64,000 nt of DNA from an uncultured Candidatus Micrarchaeota archaeon. GTDB taxonomy: Archaea > Micrarchaeota > Micrarchaeia > Anstonellales > Bilamarchaeaceae. The notes beneath the pieces are model-generated. The model had not been told where the DNA came from. It did not search any database and saw only the letters and a list, made by a program, of their open reading frames with translations. The stretch covers positions 1,024,001 through 1,088,000 of the forward strand of contig OY970229.1 in NCBI GenBank assembly GCA_963714085.1. The letters run 5' to 3'. Positions 27,998 to 36,809 of this stretch are shown here, in pieces (within the stretch, counting starts at the first letter, position 1; each line of letters begins with the position of its first letter). A program made the translations under genes and the position numbers.

Positions 27998-29167
27998 TCA
28001 TGGCTGTATCCATTCTATCTCGAAGTACTCGTAATCGCTTCCAGGGAGCGAGATGCGCCTTATCATGTACTGCGTGACTGAGGACTCCCTGTCCGATATG
28101 GCCATGATCATCTCCAGGCCGAACCTTCTGCACTCGTCTAGCGCGCCTGCCAGCTCCTCGCCGCCTATGTACTCGTCCTCGGTGAGCGAGTACATGAGGT
28201 ATTTCGGGCTTCCGTCCTTGGGCGTCTCTATGCCGCCGTCCCTGCGGTGGTAGAGGAGGAAGTCCAGCTGGGCGTGCTTGCGTTTGGACGACTTCGACTT
28301 GCCCGGGATCGCTAGTATGAACGTCTTCTTCACCGAGTGCGCGACCCTTATAGCGCGCGCCCATTCTGATATTATCATCTTAGCGCGGCGCGGGAACACG
28401 TGCAGCACGTGCTTGGAGTGCATCCAGTCTGCCTCCAGCCGCACGGGCGACGCACCCGGGAAGTATATCCTGAAATGGGTGCCGAACTTGAAGCCGCTCT
28501 TCACCACGTAGCCGCGCTTCATCCAGTCCTCGTAGACATCGTACATCTCGTCGAAGAACTTCAGGCGCTTGGAGGCTGCTAAGACCACCCTCCTGGGGTC
28601 CGAGTTCGCTAGCCTCAAGCCGCCGTGCTTCATGAGGAACACGGTCTCGTAGATGTCCAGCTTGGTTATCCTGCCACGGTGGGCGGCCTTGTACGTCCCG
28701 AATTGCCCTATCCAGTGCCGCTCGTAGAGCTCCCTGCCGACCACCTCGTCGTCCAGCACCGTGAGCAGGTCGTCCGGGAAGAACATGCCTTCGAACGAGT
28801 AGGCGTCCAGCTCCAGCTTGCCGCCGGTGTACTTCTTTATCGAGGTCCTTCCGTAGTTGCCGGTGGCCTCCTTAGCATCGCGGGCGATGAGCCCCTTGTC
28901 CCTCCAGTCCTTGTATGTGAGGTAGCGCGCCAGGAGCTTCCTCTCCTTGATGTAGACCGAGGCGAGGCCGTTGAACATGAGTGCGTTGCCCGCGTCGTCG
29001 TAGCACCTGCCGTTCCGTATGTCCATCACGTAGAGCGCTTCCTCTGGGGAAAGCGTGATCACTCCCTTTCTCATCTGGCCGTAGAAGCCGTTCTGCAACG
29101 AGGAGACGTCGGCCGGCTCCCTCACGCTCACCGAACGCTTTTTCCGGTCCAGCTCAAGCCTTATCAT
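27998..29167 (-). CDS. endA: tRNA-intron endonuclease, three-unit (epsilon2/ARMAN-type) architecture
   Basis: 389 aa; LSPEEALY and LDIYETVFL units, KSGFKFGTHFRIY..HS..RVAHSVKK catalytic unit, GTYK loop, third unit ending YFEIEWIQP. Confidence 0.92.
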   Translation of the reverse strand: MIRLELDRKKRSVSVREPADVSSLQNGFYGQMRKGVITLSPEEALYVMDIRNGRCYDDAGNALMFNGLASVYIKERKLLARYLTYKDWRDKGLIARDAKEATGNYGRTSIKKYTGGKLELDAYSFEGMFFPDDLLTVLDDEVVGRELYERHWIGQFGTYKAAHRGRITKLDIYETVFLMKHGGLRLANSDPRRVVLAASKRLKFFDEMYDVYEDWMKRGYVVKSGFKFGTHFRIYFPGASPVRLEADWMHSKHVLHVFPRRAKMIISEWARAIRVAHSVKKTFILAIPGKSKSSKRKHAQLDFLLYHRRDGGIETPKDGSPKYLMYSLTEDEYIGGEELAGALDECRRFGLEMIMAISDRESSVTQYMIRRISLPGSDYEYFEIEWIQP

Positions 29168-29816
29168 GGAAACCATCCAGCAACTCAAGCGGGAACTCCG
29201 AGAAGCTGTCTATTATCTTGACGCATGGGCTATTTAAGGATTCCCTGGCAGGGGAATCGAAGCACACGAGGGCCATTCCCGCCCGTTTAGCCGATTCCGC
29301 GCCGACTATGGAGTCCTCCACCGCCACGCATTCGGCAGGGGGAAGCCCGAGCCGCTCCGCGGCCTTGAGGAAGATCTCGGGATGCGGCTTCCTGTTCCTC
29401 GCCTCCTCGCAGCCGACGATGGCGTCGAACTGTTTCAGCAGCCCGAATTTCCCCAATATCAGCTCGATGTTCTCCCTGTGGCCTCCGGAAGCTATGGCCG
29501 TCCGTATGCCCCTCCTCCTTATCTTCGTCAGGAACCTGCGCAGCCCCCGGGTCGGCCCCAGTCTGCCCTGCTCCACATAGGCGCTGAAAAGCTCCCTGCG
29601 CGACCTGACGAGCGCATCCAGGTCCGCTTGCACACCGTTCTCCTCGAGCAGACGCACTATTATGCTGTGCGAGCCGGTGCCTGCGAACTCCTTGTACCAG
29701 CGCCTCCGGTCTATGGAGATGCCCAAAGGGGCGAGAATTTCGCTGAAAGTCCGGTAGTGCAGCGGCTCGCTCTTCACTATCACTCCGTCGAAATCGAAAA
29801 CCACCGCCTGGTGCAT
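29154..29816 (-). CDS. HAD-superfamily phosphatase (beta-phosphoglucomutase-like)
   Basis: FDFDGV, KPHPEIF, VEDS motifs. Confidence 0.92.
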   Translation of the reverse strand: MHQAVVFDFDGVIVKSEPLHYRTFSEILAPLGISIDRRRWYKEFAGTGSHSIIVRLLEENGVQADLDALVRSRRELFSAYVEQGRLGPTRGLRRFLTKIRRRGIRTAIASGGHRENIELILGKFGLLKQFDAIVGCEEARNRKPHPEIFLKAAERLGLPPAECVAVEDSIVGAESAKRAGMALVCFDSPARESLNSPCVKIIDSFSEFPLELLDGFHDKA

Positions 29817-29880
29817 GGCGCTGTTGAGGGTGGGAACTTTTTTAATCCATCCCGGGCATATCATGTGCAGGTGAAAATGG

Positions 29881-30603
29881 ATGAACAAGACTATTCTCCT
29901 CATGGTCGCCCTGCTGGCGGCATCGCTGTTTTTCCCAGGGTGCCTGGGCAAAGCGCCGGCCGCGAATAACGTTACCAATGTCACCCCCTCCACGCCGTCC
30001 GCGCCGGCCCCGTCCTTCATGATCACGGAACCGGCCCAGGGCGATTCCATAACAACGACCGATGACACGGCGAACGTCAGCGTCACGCTGTCGCCTTCGA
30101 ATCTCCGGGTCGAGCCCTCCGGCATGCCCAATGCCGCCGGAGAGGGGCATTTCGAGATAAGCATCGACGGCGGCGATTACTCGTCCCTCTACGAAAAGAG
30201 CTACACTGTCCCGGAGGTGCCCGTCGGCACGTACACGGTCGAGGTGCAGCTGGTGAACAACGACGGCACGCCATATTCGCCGCCAGTGACCCAGTCCGTG
30301 ACCTTCGCCGTGGTGCAGTCCCAGTCCTCGGTCTACACCCCGGAGACGTACAGCGTCTCCATAGGGAACTTCTCCTATTCCCCGGCCAGCCTCACCGTGA
30401 ACGTGGGTGACAGCATAAACTGGACGAACACGGGCGCATATCCGCGCTCCGCGACCAGCACCGGCAACTTCGACACCAAGGTGCTCGCGCCCGGGGCCTC
30501 GGTCGTCACGGTGATGTACGAGGAAGGCACGTTCGACTACTTCTCGCTGACCGATGTCGCGATGAAGGGGACCATAATCGTGGAGAGCAACAGCAGCGAC
30601 TAG
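29881..30603 (+). CDS. Lipoprotein with Ig-like domain and C-terminal cupredoxin-like domain
   Basis: PGCL lipobox; FSYSPASLTVNVGDSINWTN...GTFDYF....MKGTIIVE. Confidence 0.85.
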   Translation: MNKTILLMVALLAASLFFPGCLGKAPAANNVTNVTPSTPSAPAPSFMITEPAQGDSITTTDDTANVSVTLSPSNLRVEPSGMPNAAGEGHFEISIDGGDYSSLYEKSYTVPEVPVGTYTVEVQLVNNDGTPYSPPVTQSVTFAVVQSQSSVYTPETYSVSIGNFSYSPASLTVNVGDSINWTNTGAYPRSATSTGNFDTKVLAPGASVVTVMYEEGTFDYFSLTDVAMKGTIIVESNSSD

Positions 30604-30875
30604 TACTCTATCTCCACTTCCCCTTTCTTTATTACGATCTGGCAGGCCAGGCGCTGGGTCGGGTAGGCGCCCATCTTCGCGAGCGTGAGCTCCTCCCGCT
30701 GCGTCTTGGGGTTCACGTTGTCCTTGCCCTTGGAGACCGAGCATATGCAGACCCCGCACTCGCCCTTGCCGCACCCGAAGAGCATGCCGCTCTTCTCCTG
30801 GGCGTAGGGCATCAGCGGGCTGTTGTCAGGGACTTCGAACTCTACCCCCTCGTTCCGTATGCGCACCTTGGCCAT
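30600..30875 (-). CDS. [2Fe-2S] ferredoxin
   Basis: CGKGECGVC ... RLACQ. Confidence 0.92.
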   Translation of the reverse strand: MAKVRIRNEGVEFEVPDNSPLMPYAQEKSGMLFGCGKGECGVCICSVSKGKDNVNPKTQREELTLAKMGAYPTQRLACQIVIKKGEVEIEY

Positions 30876-30877
30876 GC

Positions 30878-31510
30878 CTAATCCTCGAAAAGCTTCCTTT
30901 GCTTGATGGTATCCAGCGTCTTCCAGCGCTCCCTCACGAAAGGCTTCAGCCTCTCCCGCATGGGACCGTCTTTCAACGCGGCCCTGGTCTTGGGGTCCGA
31001 CGGGTAGCCAGAGCCGAAATCGCCCACCTGGGACTTTATCTGCTCGATTTTCGCGTCCCGCGTGAGCTTCGCGCAGATGGAAGCGGCTGCGACTATGGGG
31101 TAGGTCTCGTCGGCCTTGTGCTCGGCCTCGAACCTGCTGGCTCCGAAACGCTCCATGCGTTTCCTGAAGGTCCAGGCGTAGCGGTCCGGCATGTCTATCA
31201 TCAGGTCGCCTTCCTTCATTTGCTTGGCCAGGTCGGCCATGGCCTTGGCTTCTATGTCGTTGAGGTTCATCTCCGGCATGAGGCGGTTGAGGTCCGCGGC
31301 GCTTATCTCCACCCACCTGAATGAGCAGAACTTCTTGAGCTCGGCGTAGGCCTCCTCCCTCTGCTTGGCGCTGAGCTGCTTGCTATCCTTGCTGCAGAGC
31401 CTCTTGAGCGTCTTCTCCTTATTCCGGTCGCAAAATGCAGAACATACGACCAGCGGTCCGATTACCGAACCGCGGCCGGCTTCATCAATCCCAGCTATAT
31501 AGGAAAACAT
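30878..31510 (-). CDS. rnhB: Ribonuclease HII
   Basis: GIDEAGRGSVIGPL, KDSKQL, AASICAK, GSGYPSD. Confidence 0.96.
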   Translation of the reverse strand: MFSYIAGIDEAGRGSVIGPLVVCSAFCDRNKEKTLKRLCSKDSKQLSAKQREEAYAELKKFCSFRWVEISAADLNRLMPEMNLNDIEAKAMADLAKQMKEGDLMIDMPDRYAWTFRKRMERFGASRFEAEHKADETYPIVAAASICAKLTRDAKIEQIKSQVGDFGSGYPSDPKTRAALKDGPMRERLKPFVRERWKTLDTIKQRKLFED

Positions 31511-31518
31511 AAAAAAAA

Positions 31519-31776
31519 TCAGTAGGTCATGTTCCTCTTCTCGACGATCACGTAATCGCCGACCGCGAGGACCGACTCGTACTGGAGCCTGACCATGCCG
31601 TCTTCCTTCGGCATCTTCGTCGCCACCGAGCTGTCCGGGTTCGGCTCCACAAGGAGCGTCTCGATCTTCCCCGAAACCTCGTTAACGTTCAGGTCCACAA
31701 GCCTTCCGAAATCCTCGCCCTCGTTGGTCACAACCTTCTTTCCTGAGAGTTGCCTTGCAATCAGATACTTGGCCAT
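31519..31776 (-). CDS. PRC-barrel domain protein
   Basis: LSGKKVVTNEGEDFGRLVDL...VLAVGDYVIV. Confidence 0.88.
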   Translation of the reverse strand: MAKYLIARQLSGKKVVTNEGEDFGRLVDLNVNEVSGKIETLLVEPNPDSSVATKMPKEDGMVRLQYESVLAVGDYVIVEKRNMTY

Positions 31777-31850
31777 AATATTCACCTATGCGAACAATAC
31801 TAGGTTATTCGGATTCAAGTTTATAAATCTATCCTGATTTTCCGCGGCCT

Positions 31851-33284
31851 CTAGCCACTCCGGAAATCCAGCGTCCTGAGCCTGTTGGTCTTCATCTCAT
31901 ACACCGGAACCATGGCCGGGGTCGGCACATGGCCCTGCTTGACCTGGTACTCGGTGCGGTCCTGGAACGTGCCTGAGTTTATGAGCAGCGTGCCGCGGTA
32001 CTGCGTATAGCCGTTCTTGTGCACGTGGCCGCAATGGAGCACGTCCGGCTCGTCATCTATCACCATGTAATCGATGTTCTCGGGTATGATGAGGTTGCCC
32101 CCGTATATGGGCGAGAGGTTCCGGCGCTTGAGGTACTCCACCATGACCTTCTCCGGGTGCATGTAGGACGCGTTAGGCAGGTTCGATATCATGGAGTCTA
32201 TGGATGTCGCATGGTATATGAGGTGCTTGAGCCCCTCCACGACCACCGTGGACGGGTTCCCGACCGAGGTCACGTCCGACTTGAGCAGGTCCTTGCCTAT
32301 GGCCGGCATGGGCTCCCCGCGCCTCACCGCGTCGTGGTTGCCAGGGGACACGATGACCTCCACCCAGTCCGGCAACGATTCCACGAAATCGTCGAACATC
32401 CTGTACTGCTGGTAGATGTCCTTCACCACGAGCTCCTTCTCCTGGTTCGGGTAGATGCCGATGCCGTCCACCAGGTCGCCAGCCACCATGACGTATTTCA
32501 CCTTGGCCGCGAGCTCCCGGGCCTCGCCCCTGCCGTGTATCCAGTCCACGAAGGCCTTGAACTCCTTCTCAAGGAAATACTTCGAGCCGAAATGCGTGTC
32601 CGAGAGGTAGGCCACGGCGAGGTCGTTCTCGCTCCTTTTCAGCTCCTTGCGCGTCACCGGGAAATCCGGCCATTCCACGTCGTTCACTATCATGTATGGC
32701 TCGAGCACCTTCCCGGTCAGGGCGATCACGTCGTCCACGAGTATGGATTTAGCCTTCTCCGCCAGCTTCTCGTCGCGCTGGCCGGATATCACGGCCTTGA
32801 ACGAGCCGGTCATGTCCTCTATCTCGAGGAGCAGGTTGCCCTTCTTCGTCTCCTGCTTCGAGCTCACCATGACGTGCACGAGCACCTTCTCGTTGACATG
32901 CCCCTTTGCGTCCTTGAGGTCCATGAGCGCCTCCTCCCCCATGCTGTGCAGCATGCGGGAGGTCCGCTGGTAGCGGTTCCTGAAATAGTTTATGAAGTTC
33001 TCCGTCTCGCCCTTGGTCCTGGACTTGCCGGTGACGTCCTTCGTGTGAATGACCTTTATGTCCGCCGGGTACTCCTTGGCGAGCCGGATGGGGCCCGCGG
33101 TCCGCACCTCGACCTTGGGCTCGTCCTTCTTCGGGGACAGCAGCGACTCCATGTCCGTCCTGCCCACGAGCGGCTTGTTGAGCGCGATTATCTTCTGGAC
33201 GAGCTCCGGGTCGCTGCTCTGGTTTAGGAACTGCTCTGCCTCGACCGAGAGCCGTATCCCCCTCTCGTCCAGCTCCTTCACCAT
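31851..33284 (-). CDS. polB: DNA polymerase D small subunit (DP1)
   Basis: SDTHFGS, AGDLVDGIGIYPNQ, PGNHD, GHVH, NSGTFQ. Confidence 0.95.
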   Translation of the reverse strand: MVKELDERGIRLSVEAEQFLNQSSDPELVQKIIALNKPLVGRTDMESLLSPKKDEPKVEVRTAGPIRLAKEYPADIKVIHTKDVTGKSRTKGETENFINYFRNRYQRTSRMLHSMGEEALMDLKDAKGHVNEKVLVHVMVSSKQETKKGNLLLEIEDMTGSFKAVISGQRDEKLAEKAKSILVDDVIALTGKVLEPYMIVNDVEWPDFPVTRKELKRSENDLAVAYLSDTHFGSKYFLEKEFKAFVDWIHGRGEARELAAKVKYVMVAGDLVDGIGIYPNQEKELVVKDIYQQYRMFDDFVESLPDWVEVIVSPGNHDAVRRGEPMPAIGKDLLKSDVTSVGNPSTVVVEGLKHLIYHATSIDSMISNLPNASYMHPEKVMVEYLKRRNLSPIYGGNLIIPENIDYMVIDDEPDVLHCGHVHKNGYTQYRGTLLINSGTFQDRTEYQVKQGHVPTPAMVPVYEMKTNRLRTLDFRSG

Positions 33285-33286
33285 GC

Positions 33287-33541
33287 CTATCGCTGCTTGG
33301 TGGCCTCGAGCTCGCCCATTATGGCCCATATCTGGGTGCGGGCATGCGCGGGCATGTTTATGTCGTCAGAAACGGATTCTATGAGGTAGATGGCCGCGCT
33401 GACCTTCACGCTGTCGTCGTCGACCCCACGCAATCTGTCCTTGGCGTCAGAGAGCGCCTTCCTTATGTTCTTGGGTATCGAATTGTCGGAAACCAGCTCT
33501 TCCAGCATGTCCGCGATCTGCCCTAGTTTCGCTGAAGCCAT
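33287..33541 (-). CDS. UPF0147 family protein
   Basis: DNSIPKNIRK ... DINMPAHARTQIW. Confidence 0.9.
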   Translation of the reverse strand: MASAKLGQIADMLEELVSDNSIPKNIRKALSDAKDRLRGVDDDSVKVSAAIYLIESVSDDINMPAHARTQIWAIMGELEATKQR

Positions 33542-33572
33542 CTGACATCACCCTCCGCACTCAATCAACATA

Positions 33573-33737
33573 CGGGCCCGACGAGAATCCCAGTCCGGGC
33601 GACACCGGTCGCCCGCACGTTTGAACTCGTGACCGTCAGCTGTCCTCGGCCCTCAGGCCTTAGAAGGCTGCTGCGCTATCCATTACAGGACACGGAACTC
33701 GGAACACGAGACTCGTGTCTGGCTGCGCCACGGGCCC
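33573..33737 (-). tRNA. tRNA-Arg(UCU) with three BHB introns (D-loop 33683-33720, 38 nt; 37/38 33642-33660, 19 nt; 59/60 33587-33619, 33 nt)
   Basis: GGGCCCG/CGGGCCC acceptor; anticodon TCT (33664-33662); each intron forms bulge-helix-bulge; 165-90=75 nt mature. Confidence 0.93.
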
Positions 33738-33832
33738 GGCAAGTTCTCTATTGTAAATAGAAAAGTATTAAAAAATGGGAACCGGCACGCGGCCGGCCTA
33801 TTATTGGATGGAATGAAAAAATACGGTGCTTT

Positions 33833-33931
33833 TCAGGACTCCTCTTCCTCTTCGTCCTCTTCCTCCCAGTCCTCGTCCTCGAAATCGTCGTCTTCCCAGT
33901 CTTCGTCGTCCTGTGCTCCAAGAGGCTTCAT
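33833..33931 (-). CDS. 32-aa hyperacidic micro-protein MKPLGAQDDEDWEDDDFEDEDWEEEDEEEEES
   Basis: ATG preceded by AAGGTG RBS-like sequence; alternative in-frame ATG at 33949; below the ORF-track length cut-off. Confidence 0.7.
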   Translation of the reverse strand: MKPLGAQDDEDWEDDDFEDEDWEEEDEEEEES

Positions 33932-34060
33932 AGGCCCACCTTCAAACATTTTGATTGCTATACTTACGAAAGGTTATTAAAGGTTTCAAAAGGCTCCGCC
34001 CGTCCTCGTACGTCCGTATTCCACGGCATAACCCGGAACAAAAATCAGTCATTTGAAAAT

Positions 34061-34317
34061 GTAGGCTTCCCGGTTGGCCGACTGAAACAGCTGTGGAGCT
34101 CAAGTCCGTCCGCTCGGTTCTGTTTCCTGCGAGCACGGAATGGAACGCTTAGGGCTGCTCCTTTCGGCCTGACCCGGTTCACGAGGCATCCCGCCACACA
34201 GGGCAGAACGTCTACGCTTCAGGAAAAGAGGCGCAACTGAAACAGGAAACGCCCCGGGCATTCGAGCCGCCTAAGGGGATTTGCGGTGCTGGGACCCCTG
34301 GCCCCACTCTAGCCCAC
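34061..34317 (-). ncRNA. ffs: Signal recognition particle RNA
   Basis: Helix-8 signature GAACCGGGTCAGGCCGAAAGGAGCAGCCCT (34151-34180); terminal helix GTGGGCT/AGCCTAC; TTAAATA box ~25 nt upstream. Confidence 0.9.
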
Positions 34318-34340
34318 GATAAGGTTATGGCACGTCCTGC

Positions 34341-34348
34341 TATTTAAG
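34341..34348 (-). promoter_or_regulatory. TATA box of SRP RNA gene
   Basis: CTTAAATA on minus strand ~25 nt upstream of predicted 5' end. Confidence 0.6.
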
Positions 34349-34460
34349 GCTTGCTCTACGCGTTTCCATTCGAGGTTGTAAGCTCTGCACATACCCCACC
34401 AAAAATCAGATATAACGTTACTTTTTATTGATTGCTGATGTTTATTACTGGGGATATGCT

Positions 34461-34874
34461 ATGAAATGTTACAAACATACTGATAAAGATGCGGTTGGGC
34501 AGTGCAGTTCTTGCGGGAAAGGTGTTTGTAGCAATTGCGCAGTAGACGTGAACAAGAAACTGTTTTGCAGGGACTGCGCATCAAGCGGTAATGCTTCCGC
34601 GAGCGGCAGCCAATCCCTTAAAAGACGCGACCCTGGGATAGCCGCCTTATTGAGTTTCCTCTTCGTGGGAGCCGGCCAAATCTACAACGGTGAGCTAAAT
34701 AAATTCATGATGCTGTGGGTGGCGAACATAGTGATAATCCTGGTCAGCCTCGTCCTCATGATTGTGCTGATAGGCCTCTTCACGATATTTCTTGTGATCC
34801 CGGTTTGGCTTTATGGGATTTACGACGCGTACGAGTCTGCCAAGAAGATAAACAGCCAGCTCGGGCTGGAGTAA
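34461..34874 (+). CDS. B-box-like zinc finger plus TM2-like membrane domain protein
   Basis: CYKH....AVGQCSSCGKGVCSNC...CRDC; PGIAALLSFLFVGAGQIYNG. Confidence 0.85.
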   Translation: MKCYKHTDKDAVGQCSSCGKGVCSNCAVDVNKKLFCRDCASSGNASASGSQSLKRRDPGIAALLSFLFVGAGQIYNGELNKFMMLWVANIVIILVSLVLMIVLIGLFTIFLVIPVWLYGIYDAYESAKKINSQLGLE

Positions 34875-35046
34875 ACCCGCATTTTCGACAGTTACGATGC
34901 TTGCGTGCATCGCCCAGTCCGATGCCGAAACATCGAATACTTCATTTCATGATGAACTGGCAGAGTCAAGTTATCAATTTTTGCCTGGTCCAGCAATCAA
35001 ATTCGGGAAAAGAAAATCAGAAAATTAAAAAAGAAAATAAAACCGC

Positions 35047-35442
35047 TTATTTCACCTGTTTCTTCGCGAAGTCGCCGAGTACCGGCAACCCGTACTGCTC
35101 GCCCTCATACGCCTTCCATGCAAGGAAGAGGACGACCACCACTATCAGGAGATAAAACGGAAATATGCACAAGCCCCCGATGCCGGTCGTAATCGCGAGT
35201 ATCCCGGCCACAATCGAAATTGGAATGGACAGCACTATGAAAACCACGGTTACGAGCAACGACTGCCACGCGTGGAACGCGAGGAACTTATTCGTTTTCT
35301 TGTCGGTAAAGAGAACGAAAAGCGGAACGAGCACCGCGATGATATAGCAGAGCGCGCCGAATATTCCGTCATCCCCCGAGCTTGCAGCCACGGATTTTGC
35401 CGGAGCGGCATTTGACGCAGCGGCAGGTTTTTCTTCAGCCAT
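35047..35442 (-). CDS. DUF4870-like membrane protein
   Basis: ALCY, FHAWQSL, KAYEGEQYGLPVLG. Confidence 0.85.
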   Translation of the reverse strand: MAEEKPAAASNAAPAKSVAASSGDDGIFGALCYIIAVLVPLFVLFTDKKTNKFLAFHAWQSLLVTVVFIVLSIPISIVAGILAITTGIGGLCIFPFYLLIVVVVLFLAWKAYEGEQYGLPVLGDFAKKQVK

Positions 35443-35617
35443 ATTATCATACCCCCATAACAGAATGTTGTTTTAGTGTCGCACGGTATATTTTTAATTA
35501 CTTAGGCCCGGGAAATCCATCTTAAGTCAAACCCAAGGCACGGCTTTAGCCGTTGGATGAAAGGGCCGAATGTGTCAGCTCCGTCGTGAGCACCGTGGAA
35601 ATCCACCTGGGAAACGC

Positions 35618-35624
35618 TTATAAA
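35618..35624 (+). promoter_or_regulatory. TATA box upstream of tnpB
   Basis: TTATAAA ~25 nt before ATG 35646. Confidence 0.55.
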
Positions 35625-35645
35625 CAGCCTTTCCGGCAAATCCTT

Positions 35646-36809
35646 ATGAAAGCAATGCGGGCCTGGAGGTACAGAATCTACCCTTCCAGAAGCCAGGAAA
35701 AAATCCTGGACCGCCACCTCTACGAATGCAAAACCATCTGGAATTCCCTGCTGGAATACACAAAGAAGTATTATGAAGAAACAAGGAAATTCCCTGCCAG
35801 AAAGCAGCTTTACCTGCGGACAAAAGAAACCGACATCTTCTCCCAGGTAGCCCAGAATGTTGCAGACCGGCTTGCAAAATCCCTGAAAGGATTTGTCGCA
35901 AAGAGGAAAGCAGGCAGGAAGGCAGGATTCCCACGGTTCAAACCAATCGAACGGGTAAAATCTTTCACTTACCCCCAGTTCGGTTTCAAACTCGATGACA
36001 AGCTGGAGCTATCAGGCATCGGAAGCGTTTCCATCAGAAAACACAGGGAAATGGACGGGGAAATCAAAAACCTCACCATAAAGAAATCCCCTTCAGGAAA
36101 ATGGCATGCGATTTTCACGGCTGAATCCGAAAGAAAGATGCCTGAGAGGAACAAGAAGCTCGAAGTAGGGATAGACCTTGGGATAGAAACATTCGCCTAT
36201 TTGAGCGACGGCTCGAAGATAGAGAACCCACGGAATCTCAGATTGGCGCAAGAGCGGCTGGCGCTCACCCAAAGGAGAATGTCGAATAAACAAAAGGGCA
36301 GCTCAAACAGGGCCAAAGCCAGAAAAGCGGTTGCAATCTCCTATGAGAGGCTAACGAATAAGAGAAGGGATTTCCTGCACAAGGCTAGCCGCGCCCTTGC
36401 GGAGAATCATTCGCTCATAGCCATGGAAGCGCTGAACAACGAAGGATTGGCACGGGGTTTTCTGGCGAAAGAGGTATTGGACTGCAGCTGGGCGGAGTTC
36501 GCCAACATGATCAGCTACAAGGCGGAAGGAGCTGGTTGCGAAGTCGTGCTGGTGGACCCTGCCTACACCTCGCAGAGGTGCAGCAGCTGCGGCCTGATAG
36601 TGAAGAAAACGCTTGCTGAGAGGTGGCACGATTGCACCTGCGGTGCATCCATGCACAGGGACCTCAATGCAGCGTTGAACATACTCCAACGAGCTACCGG
36701 CGGGACGCCGGGAAGTAAGGCCTGCGGAGAAGAGACCTCTACTGGTTATACGCATAATTGGCAAGTATCTTCGATGAAACAGGAAGCCCACGCCTTTAGG
36801 CATGGGTAG
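35646..36809 (+). CDS. tnpB: RNA-guided endonuclease TnpB
   Basis: YRIYPS HTH, GFPRFK, RuvC GIDLG / MEAL / RDLNAA, Zn finger TSQRCSSC..CTC. Confidence 0.96.
   Translation: MKAMRAWRYRIYPSRSQEKILDRHLYECKTIWNSLLEYTKKYYEETRKFPARKQLYLRTKETDIFSQVAQNVADRLAKSLKGFVAKRKAGRKAGFPRFKPIERVKSFTYPQFGFKLDDKLELSGIGSVSIRKHREMDGEIKNLTIKKSPSGKWHAIFTAESERKMPERNKKLEVGIDLGIETFAYLSDGSKIENPRNLRLAQERLALTQRRMSNKQKGSSNRAKARKAVAISYERLTNKRRDFLHKASRALAENHSLIAMEALNNEGLARGFLAKEVLDCSWAEFANMISYKAEGAGCEVVLVDPAYTSQRCSSCGLIVKKTLAERWHDCTCGASMHRDLNAALNILQRATGGTPGSKACGEETSTGYTHNWQVSSMKQEAHAFRHG

Noticed and set aside
29817..30164. N-terminal extensions in the ORF track (HAD to 30164, ferredoxin to 31316, tnpB from 35553, GGR from 16451)
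   Set aside because: They overlap other genes or IS ends; homology begins at downstream ATGs.
34890..34920. Fluoride riboswitch-like GGCGATG on minus strand
   Set aside because: Lacks the following GNGUUCGCC stem and lies between convergent gene ends.
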